Below, in pieces: positions 1 to 7,243 of a stretch of 26,185 bases of DNA (position 1 is its first letter; each line of letters starts with the position of its first letter). The stretch covers positions 1-26,185 of the forward strand of contig JAZOCP010000166.1 of the NCBI GenBank assembly GCA_045596585.1, given 5' to 3'. The position numbers were made by a program, and so were the translations under genes. The stretch is from Eubacteriales bacterium (GTDB lineage: Bacteria > Bacillota > Clostridia > Oscillospirales > CAG-272). Below the pieces are notes generated by a model that worked only from the letters and a program-made list of their open reading frames with translations, was not told where the DNA came from and made no database searches.

Positions 1-844
1 CCCGAGGTATGTTACTTTGTGAAATTACAAATACCGCTATTGGAACAATCATCATAATTACTGAACCTGCAGCAGATGCACCAGCACGAGCGATACCACC
101 CGCGGTGATTTGTCCGATTGCATAGTTAAGTGTCTTTAATTCCTCACTATAAATGTACGCTGAAGCACCTGTGTTCCAGAGTCCTTGGAAGGAATAAATA
201 ATAAGTGTGAGCCATGCTGGCTTAACCATAGGCATAGCAATTACCCAGAAGGTTCTAAATTCACTACATCCGTCAAGACGTGCACTTTCAAGCACGGAAT
301 CTGAAATTGATGAATCCATGAACTGCTTCATAAGGTATAGTCCCATTGAAGATCCCCATGCAGGAATGATAAGAGCAAACGGATTATCTGTCAAGTGTAA
401 TGCAGAAAGTGTTAAGAAGTTTGCTATTGCTGTTACAGTTGAGGTAAACATAAGTGAACGTTGAATCAACCAGAACACGCCTTTTCTTCCTGGGAAAGGA
501 ATTTTTGAAACTGCATATGCTGCAAGTGAGCTAAATAGTAAGTTACCAAATGTACCCGCAGCTGTAATAAATACTGTGTTGAATATATATCTTGAGAAAG
601 GTACCCAAGAATCGCTAAGTAATGTAAATAGGTCTTGGAAGTTCTTAAGTGTTGGATGTAATACGTAAAACTTAGGTGGGAACATCCAAAGCTCATCAAG
701 AGGCTTCAAGGACTGCATTATTACATATACCATTGGCAAGAACATAAACGCACCCATTATAATAAGGAAGGTAAATATTCCTGCATCTCCTCCTACCGAA
801 CGGTTAAGGACAACCTGATGATTTCTAACTCTCATTTTTTGCAT
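1..844 (-). CDS. Carbohydrate ABC transporter permease (MalG-like), 3' end runs off window
   Basis: Not in the ORF track; translated by hand from ATG at 844: MQKMRVRNHQVVLNRSVGGDAGIFTFLIIMGAFMFLPMVYVIMQSLKPLDELWMFPP..., with EAA motif SVLESARLDGCSEFRTFWVIAMPMVKP and several hydrophobic segments. Frame is open to the window edge. Starts 1 nt after the upstream permease stop. Confidence 0.93.
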   Translation of the reverse strand, partial: MQKMRVRNHQVVLNRSVGGDAGIFTFLIIMGAFMFLPMVYVIMQSLKPLDELWMFPPKFYVLHPTLKNFQDLFTLLSDSWVPFSRYIFNTVFITAAGTFGNLLFSSLAAYAVSKIPFPGRKGVFWLIQRSLMFTSTVTAIANFLTLSALHLTDNPFALIIPAWGSSMGLYLMKQFMDSSISDSVLESARLDGCSEFRTFWVIAMPMVKPAWLTLIIYSFQGLWNTGASAYIYSEELKTLNYAIGQITAGGIARAGASAAGSVIMMIVPIAVFVISQSNIPR

Positions 845-845
845 A

Positions 846-2219
846 TTATTGTCCTACCTTCGATAGCATTTTATTAACCAGCGTGTTAGCGCCAATCATA
901 ACTAAGAATAGTACTACCGCAATTGCTGAAGCGTAGCCTACCTCCCAACGTTGGTTACCATAGTCCTCTAAGCAGTGCATAATTGTATGACATGAATAGT
1001 TAACCGATGGGAAGCCACAGAGGGCGGTTACAACGCCACCAAAGCCGAAGGCACCTGTAATTGACATTACAGCACCGAACATTAGCTGTGGTCGCATCAT
1101 TGGAAGTGTTATGTACCATAATTCCTGCCACCTGTTCTTAATTCCGTCAACCGCTGCCGCCTCAAACAAGCTCTTGTCAACCGTTTGAAGACCCGCAATA
1201 AATGAAAGGAATGCTGTACCGAGTGACATCCATAGTGCAACTATGATACAAAGTGTCATTGCGTATTTTTCATCATAGAACCAAAGTATCGGGGCATCAA
1301 TAATATTCATTTTCATGAGGATACCATTTACCCAACCTTGGCTATCATTGTGGAATAATGTACCCCAAATCAAGTAAACGTTACTTGAAATTGATGGTGC
1401 ATAGAAAATAAGTGTTACTATTGCTCTTATTCTTGGTGAAAGCTCATTAATGAACCATGCAACAAGGAAAGAAAGCACGTATGAAACAGGTCCTGTTACT
1501 GCTGCGAATACGAGTGTGTTTTTGCAAGCAAGAAGGAATATTTCGTCCTTTAGGAAAAGTCTTGTGTAGTTACCAAAGCCTGTTTGGAACATTTCCCAGT
1601 TGAACTCAAGCATATTAAAGTTTGTAAAGCTGAGTACAAGTGACATACCAACAGGGAAAACGGTAAATAGTGTAAAGATCAACATAAATGGCGCTATCAT
1701 CAAATAAGCGATTTTGTTTCTCTTTATTTCATGCAAGGTCCATTGGAGCTTTGTCATGTCTTTTCTTGCTACTGCCTTTTTCTTTGGAGCTTTTGGACTT
1801 TTTGGGGTCTTTGATTTTTTGGATTTCTTACCCTCATCCTTTTTAGGTTCTTCTAAAACACTATTTTCATGTATTTGTTCACTTACAGGCTCTTCTGCTT
1901 CAGCATCCTCAAGGACTACATCCTCGTAAATGTCTGTTGCTTCTTCAGTAGCTTCTGCTTCAGTAGTTACATCTTCAATGGCAACATCCTCGCAAGCTTC
2001 TGCTTCCTCGACAGCTATGTCTTCAGTAGCTTGTGCTTCGATGGCTGTTTCATTTGCAACTACTTCTTCAGTAACTTCTGCTATTTCTTCGTTAACTACG
2101 CTTTCAACAGCTTCAGATACTTCATCAGCGGCTACTTCAGGTTCATTTTGAGCAACAGGAGTAACATTTACGTTTGCTGCCTTATGCTTGGCCTGAAATT
2201 TCTTTTTACGTTTAGCCAT
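846..2219 (-). CDS. Carbohydrate ABC transporter permease (MalF-like) with long charged N-terminal extension
   Basis: EAA motif SLFEAAAVDGIKNRWQELWYITLPMMRP; TM segments begin at about aa 170; SD AAGGAG 9 nt before ATG 2219. Confidence 0.93.
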   Translation of the reverse strand: MAKRKKKFQAKHKAANVNVTPVAQNEPEVAADEVSEAVESVVNEEIAEVTEEVVANETAIEAQATEDIAVEEAEACEDVAIEDVTTEAEATEEATDIYEDVVLEDAEAEEPVSEQIHENSVLEEPKKDEGKKSKKSKTPKSPKAPKKKAVARKDMTKLQWTLHEIKRNKIAYLMIAPFMLIFTLFTVFPVGMSLVLSFTNFNMLEFNWEMFQTGFGNYTRLFLKDEIFLLACKNTLVFAAVTGPVSYVLSFLVAWFINELSPRIRAIVTLIFYAPSISSNVYLIWGTLFHNDSQGWVNGILMKMNIIDAPILWFYDEKYAMTLCIIVALWMSLGTAFLSFIAGLQTVDKSLFEAAAVDGIKNRWQELWYITLPMMRPQLMFGAVMSITGAFGFGGVVTALCGFPSVNYSCHTIMHCLEDYGNQRWEVGYASAIAVVLFLVMIGANTLVNKMLSKVGQ

Positions 2220-2250
2220 TTACATTTTCTCCTTCATTAGTATTTTAGAA

Positions 2251-5200
2251 TTATTTCTTTTTGTCATAATCGAGAATGAGGTCAGGATTTAGCTTCTTAT
2301 ACTCTTCGTATGTGAGCATACCAAACTCTTGTCTTCTTCTTGAAAGCTCATCATCGATAACTGATACATATTCAAGAAGTGCGTCAGATGCGTCCTTGCC
2401 CTCGTTGTAAGCATCAAGGAATGCGAAGTTGACATAACGAGCAAGATAATAGCTACCTGGGTGGTTAGGAACTGCTGCAAGATGTTCAAACTGCTCAGCT
2501 ATGCTATTTCTTTCCTCAGCTGTCCATGGAAGTGAGTAAAGTGCCTCTTTGTTAGCTGTTGCAGGTCTTGCTGCGATACCAAGGATTGATACGATTTCGT
2601 TTGCGTAGTCTGCTTGGAACTCGCTACCTGTGTACCATCTCATAAATTCCCAAGCACAAGCCTGTTTTCTTGATTGTTCATTCAATTTGCTTTCATTTTT
2701 CAGCTTGTTATTTTTAATCATAACACAGCCAGTAACTGTTGCCATTGCTGAGTTATCAATGTACTCATTTCCGTTTTCATCAACTCTTACATGACCTGGA
2801 AGAGGAACAAAGGTCCAAAGACCTGAAAGCTCAGATGCGAAAACTGAAAGCTGGTTACATGATGTGTATGCTGAAATACCGATTGGCATTTCGCCTGTAC
2901 GGAAACGGTTAGCAAAGTCATATGTATAAGGAAGTGAATATTGTGTATAGTAGTTACACATTTGCTCAAATGAGTTAAGAACGCCATTTGACCCAAAGTT
3001 AATTCTCATACCACCATCTGCATATGCCTCATTTCCGTTTTGATACATAAAGGTATATGCATCATTTTGGATACCAATCTCCATGTTGTTAAACTGGAGA
3101 ACCGGAAGGATAGCGAGCATATCATCCCATGTTTTTGGTGTTTCAAGCTCAAGGGATGAAAGAACGTCCTTACGATAGAACATCATTGAGAATGTTAAAG
3201 AGTCTGGCAATGCATAGAGCTGAATGCCCTGCTGAGCATCTGAATTTTTCCAGTCATAGCCATATCTCTTGTCATCTGATGGGTTGGTTCTTGAGCCATT
3301 TGTGTCGATTTGATTCTTCTCATAATCTCTCCACAAATAGAGGTTATCACTTTCATTTGCCCAATTGTAGCCATCTCCATAACCAAAGTTATAAAGAGTA
3401 AGTGGCTCAAATGCAGCCTCTGGGAAAACCTCCCTTATATCGTCCTTTATGCCTGCCTCTTCGTCTGATGTGTCTCTTATATCAGCATTGATAAAGTTGT
3501 TTAGTGGCTCAATTGCATCACGGAGAGCATAGTCTATGATAGTAGAGCTTGCTTCCATTAAAGATACTTGAGGTCCTACACCAGCAATAATTGATGGAAG
3601 CAATGTACCTCCCGCAATAAGCTTAATTTCAACACCGACCTTAATATTTTCTTCGGACTTTTCTTTAAGAGTTCCATTTTCCGTTATATTATATTTGATA
3701 TTTAACTCATTAGGAGTAAAATCGTTTTCAATAAGGTTTCTTATGATTTGTGCCTGGTCACGGCCTGTTACTACCCATACCGCGATAGTTTCATCCACAC
3801 CACCATTTGGATTGTCTTTCTTTACATCATATTTATTTCCTATAAAGGAAGCAAAGAATAGCTTAATCTCAAACCAAAGGGCTTCGAAGAAGTTTGCATC
3901 AGCCTTAGGTAAATCCTCTTCTTGTGATTGTAGTCTATAATAGTCAACTTGAAGTGGTTGGGTCTTTGCGCTATTGATCCATGTACCTAAAGAACCGATT
4001 TGTGATTTTAGTGTTGCGAGGTTAGCTGGAATTTCTCCCTCGTTTGTCGCCATTTTTTCAAGTAATTGATATACTTGTTTAATTGTAGCGGTCTTTTCGC
4101 CTTCACCTGTACCGCCATCCTGCTTGTTTACGGAAACTAAGTACTCATAAACACTCTCAAGGTTTTGAGCCTCAAGAAGCATTACCTTTAATACGTCAGG
4201 CATTACTCTTGTAAAGCCATAGGAACGGTTAGGGTCTGGGTCTGTACCTGTTAGCTTGATAATTTCAAGATAGCAGTTATTTATGTTAGCAAGTGACTCG
4301 CTAACCTGCTTGATTTGTTCACCCATTTCGCCAAGGGTAACCTCAAGCTTAATTTCGTATGTTTTGCCTTCCTCAAAGTAGAACTCAAAGTCTCTATCAC
4401 CATTGTTTAAGAAGTCTGTTTGCCATGAGTTTGAGTAGTTAAAGCGACAATTTGCCGCCTCAGCAAATGGAACCTCTCCATTGATGTAAAGCTTTCTTGA
4501 TACGTACATACCACTAAGGAGTGCCTGCTTATATCTAACTGCGATTGAATAGAAGCCTGTTTTATCAACCTCGATTTCATAGCTCATCCATTCGCCAACA
4601 TTTTGCCATTGCTCCTTACCAGCTGTGTTGTACTTAACCTGCGAAGCGCTTTGCTTACCTGTCAAGCCTTGAGTAATAGCTGATGTTCTGTCATATACAG
4701 GGTAAATTGTAATTGCAGAAACGTTATCTGGCGCTTCTGCTTGAATATACTTATTAAGATCTACTCTATTATTGTCAGGTGTTGCGTTGTATTTCTCTTT
4801 TATTTGCTTAAGGTACTCATTATATGAGATAGGTGCCTTATATGGGCGAAGTGTGATTGATTGAACAACCATACCCTCTCTTTGACCTTCAAGAGAAATA
4901 GTGTTTTCACCTGGCTGAATATAGAATTGGAATGGGTCTGCATAATAACCATTCGCATCGGAAATTGTATATTCTACCCATGTTGGCTCAGTTGAGAGTG
5001 AAGGACGAATATCATCACCCTTATTGTTCTCTTTCTCATTTTTAAAGGTTAGCTTTCCATCAACCTCGAGGTAATCATACTTCCAAACCTTGTTAAGGAC
5101 AAGAGTACGTGCCTCGGCAAATGGGAAATTACCATTTAAATAGAAAATACGCTCAATTGCGTTTGAGGTATCTCTATCAATTTCCTTTTCAAGAGCCTCC

Positions 5201-5700
5201 CATTTCTCTTTTTCAGCTCCAGTAAGCTTACTCAAGTCTGGAATTACGATATTGTCCTTTGCTTGCGCATAAACAATTTCGATAGTGTAATTACCAGAAA
5301 ATTTCTCTGATACTTCAAAAGTCCAGGTTGCTGTACCGTTTGAACCGATGAAAACGCCATCGTTTCTTCCAGCCTTAGAATTACCGGATTTTGTAGTAAT
5401 CAGCTCAAGGTCGGTCGAATTATCGCCTTCCTCATAAACGCCATTGGTGATATCGATTTCAATAGCGTGTCCATCTTCAAATGTCTTTTTTGCGTATTTG
5501 CTTAACACATTATCCATGTACTCATCATAAGAGAGTGCGTTAAGGATAGCGCTGACATCTGAAATAGATTGCTTCTTGGAAGTTGTGCTTCCAGAAGTGC
5601 TACTTGATTTTGAGCTTGCAAATACAGGAATTACCATTGTAGATGATAGCATTAGCAAGCAGAGAAAAAATGCAAGTAGTCTTTTTGCCTTTCCTTTCAT
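2251..5700 (-). CDS. Large extracellular solute-binding protein (family-1 sugar SBP at C-terminus; putative CBM-like beta-domains and helical region at N-terminus)
   Basis: Signal peptide MKGKAKRLLAFFLCLLMLSSTMVIPVFA; C-terminal SBP motifs (YALP...MMFYRKDVL, PKTWDD, FRTGEMPIGI, WTFVPLPG, AWEFMRW); SD GGAGG; lies upstream of two permeases. Confidence 0.88.
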   Translation of the reverse strand: MKGKAKRLLAFFLCLLMLSSTMVIPVFASSKSSSTSGSTTSKKQSISDVSAILNALSYDEYMDNVLSKYAKKTFEDGHAIEIDITNGVYEEGDNSTDLELITTKSGNSKAGRNDGVFIGSNGTATWTFEVSEKFSGNYTIEIVYAQAKDNIVIPDLSKLTGAEKEKWEALEKEIDRDTSNAIERIFYLNGNFPFAEARTLVLNKVWKYDYLEVDGKLTFKNEKENNKGDDIRPSLSTEPTWVEYTISDANGYYADPFQFYIQPGENTISLEGQREGMVVQSITLRPYKAPISYNEYLKQIKEKYNATPDNNRVDLNKYIQAEAPDNVSAITIYPVYDRTSAITQGLTGKQSASQVKYNTAGKEQWQNVGEWMSYEIEVDKTGFYSIAVRYKQALLSGMYVSRKLYINGEVPFAEAANCRFNYSNSWQTDFLNNGDRDFEFYFEEGKTYEIKLEVTLGEMGEQIKQVSESLANINNCYLEIIKLTGTDPDPNRSYGFTRVMPDVLKVMLLEAQNLESVYEYLVSVNKQDGGTGEGEKTATIKQVYQLLEKMATNEGEIPANLATLKSQIGSLGTWINSAKTQPLQVDYYRLQSQEEDLPKADANFFEALWFEIKLFFASFIGNKYDVKKDNPNGGVDETIAVWVVTGRDQAQIIRNLIENDFTPNELNIKYNITENGTLKEKSEENIKVGVEIKLIAGGTLLPSIIAGVGPQVSLMEASSTIIDYALRDAIEPLNNFINADIRDTSDEEAGIKDDIREVFPEAAFEPLTLYNFGYGDGYNWANESDNLYLWRDYEKNQIDTNGSRTNPSDDKRYGYDWKNSDAQQGIQLYALPDSLTFSMMFYRKDVLSSLELETPKTWDDMLAILPVLQFNNMEIGIQNDAYTFMYQNGNEAYADGGMRINFGSNGVLNSFEQMCNYYTQYSLPYTYDFANRFRTGEMPIGISAYTSCNQLSVFASELSGLWTFVPLPGHVRVDENGNEYIDNSAMATVTGCVMIKNNKLKNESKLNEQSRKQACAWEFMRWYTGSEFQADYANEIVSILGIAARPATANKEALYSLPWTAEERNSIAEQFEHLAAVPNHPGSYYLARYVNFAFLDAYNEGKDASDALLEYVSVIDDELSRRRQEFGMLTYEEYKKLNPDLILDYDKKK

Positions 5701-5789
5701 AAGAAACCTCCATAATTTTTTCTAATCGCGAGGTGGCCGCGCTTGCCACTCCACGGAAATATACATATGCGTATATATTAGTATATAAT

Positions 5790-5818
5790 ATTTTAGCACA
5801 CGGGAAAATTAAAGTCAA
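5790..5818 (-). promoter_or_regulatory. SigA-type promoter for the ABC operon
   Basis: Minus strand TTGACT-N17-TAAAAT with extended -10 TG (TGcTAAAAT), about 90 nt upstream of the SBP ATG. Confidence 0.75.
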
Positions 5819-6001
5819 GTTGCCATTTTTAACAAGGAACTGCATATTTTACTAAATAGGCATAATTTTTAATTTTTTGTTCATAATTAATGTTGTATCA
5901 AAACGACAATTTTCAGGACTTTTGAAAAATTTTTGTCTTTTAAATTCAATAAAATCAACACTTTCATATTTTTTAGTATATTTTTATAAAATTTCTACGT
6001 A

Positions 6002-6018
6002 TTGTGCAAATTGCACAA
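6002..6018. promoter_or_regulatory. 17-bp palindrome TTGTGCAA-A-TTGCACAA (candidate operator)
   Basis: Perfect 8-bp arms in the middle of the divergent ABC/glcK intergenic region. Confidence 0.45.
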
Positions 6019-6131
6019 ATTTGGAAGCGTTTTTTTGTTACATATACAACATGCACAAAATTAATTATTTTTCTAATTTTTGGCGCTTTTTATCTTGAAT
6101 TAAAAATTTTCATTCGTTTTTCAACAAATTA

Positions 6132-6160
6132 TTGACATAATTGGAATTTAAGACTATAAT
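6132..6160 (+). promoter_or_regulatory. SigA-type promoter for glucokinase-recG
   Basis: Perfect TTGACA-N17-TATAAT, 34 nt upstream of ATG 6195. Confidence 0.85.
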
Positions 6161-6194
6161 TAAACTATATTGCAAAAAAGGACGGTAGCGCATT

Positions 6195-7154
6195 ATGTAC
6201 TATTTAGGAATTGACCTTGGCGGAACTAATATTGCCGCTGGTATTGTTGATAAAAACTACAAGATTATAAAAAAGAAGAGCACCCCTACTCTTGCGCACA
6301 GGGATGGCAAGGAAATTATTAAGGACATGGCTAAGCTTTGCCTTTCTTTAATCGAAGAGTGTGGATTAACTCTTAAAGATATAGCATATGCAGGTATCGC
6401 CTCTCCAGGCACTGCAAACTCAGAAACTGGTGTTGTTGAATATGCAAACAACCTTCCATTTGAGAACTTCCCTATTGCTGCTTTGCTTAAGGAATATTCA
6501 GGAATTGAGAAGGTATATATTGAAAACGATGCAAATGCAGCTGCTAAAGCTGAGGCTATTGCCGGTGTTGCTAAGGGTGCTAAATATTCAGTTATGATTA
6601 CTCTTGGTACAGGTCTTGGTGGAGGAATTGTTCTTGACGGAAAGGTTTACTCTGGCTTTAACTTTGCAGGTGCTGAGCTTGGTCACATTGTTATTGAAAA
6701 GGACGGTAAGCAATGCACATGTGGCAGACGTGGATGTTGGGAAACATACAGCTCCGCAACTGGTCTTACCAATATGACAAAGGAAGCCGTATTAGAGGCA
6801 AGAAAAGCCGGTCGCAAGACTCTTATTGAAGACTTAATAAACGGAAACGTTGATAATTGTAATGCAAGAGTTGCCTTCGCTGCTATGAAGCAGGGTGACG
6901 AGGTTGGCAAGGAAATTGTTGACAAGTATATTTCATATCTCGCTTGTGGTATTGCAAATGTAATTAACATTTTCCAACCAAACGTGCTCTCAATTGGTGG
7001 CGGTGTTTGTGGTGAAAAGGACAATCTTTTAGTTCCACTAAAGGAAGCTGTATTTAAAGAAACTTATACAAGAGGCGACAGACAAACCGAAATCAAGATT
7101 GCAGAGCTTGGTAACGATGCAGGTATCGTTGGCGCTGCAGTGCTCGGTCTATAA
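6195..7154 (+). CDS. glcK: ROK-family sugar kinase (glucokinase)
   Basis: GIDLGGT, ENDANAAA, GTGLGGG, GAELGH and CTCGRRGCWE motifs; no N-terminal HTH, so a kinase rather than a repressor. Confidence 0.88.
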   Translation: MYYLGIDLGGTNIAAGIVDKNYKIIKKKSTPTLAHRDGKEIIKDMAKLCLSLIEECGLTLKDIAYAGIASPGTANSETGVVEYANNLPFENFPIAALLKEYSGIEKVYIENDANAAAKAEAIAGVAKGAKYSVMITLGTGLGGGIVLDGKVYSGFNFAGAELGHIVIEKDGKQCTCGRRGCWETYSSATGLTNMTKEAVLEARKAGRKTLIEDLINGNVDNCNARVAFAAMKQGDEVGKEIVDKYISYLACGIANVINIFQPNVLSIGGGVCGEKDNLLVPLKEAVFKETYTRGDRQTEIKIAELGNDAGIVGAAVLGL

Positions 7155-7170
7155 TTAAATAGTTGCAAAT

Positions 7171-7199
7171 ACCCGCAGAGAACAAAATTTTCTGCGGGT
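7171..7199 (+). terminator. Stem-loop between glcK and recG (weak terminator or mRNA-stabilising hairpin)
   Basis: ACCCGCAGAGAA-caaaa-TTTTCTGCGGGT, 12-bp stem including one G-U pair; followed only by a weak GTTATT tail. Confidence 0.55.
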
Positions 7200-7243
7200 G
7201 TTATTAATAAGCACAAAATTAAAAGTTTTGAAAGGAGGACAAG

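Noticed and set aside
1-30. Permease reads ...SQSNIPR at the window edge, unlike the SNIxETM-type ending I recall for this family
   Set aside because: Only the last few bases are affected; could be an edge or contig-end artefact and cannot be judged without flanking sequence.
1714-2240. Three + strand ORFs (1714, 1869, 1930) rich in Ser/Ala/Phe
   Set aside because: Antisense shadows of the low-complexity GAA/GCT-rich permease tail, which lacks stops on the opposite strand; no SD.
5908-5922. CodY-box-like AATTTTCAGGACTTT
   Set aside because: Three mismatches to AATTTTCWGAAAATT in very AT-rich DNA; not distinguishable from chance.
6022-6035. cre-like TGGAAGCGTTTTTT (also TGAAAACGCGCGAT near 12705)
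   Set aside because: Only the left half matches TGWAANCGNTNWCA; the terminal CA is missing.
5600-6098. ORFs 5600..5845 (-) and 5877..6098 (+) in or near the divergent promoter region
   Set aside because: AT-rich, no SD, no recognisable motif; they overlap promoter elements or the SBP start.
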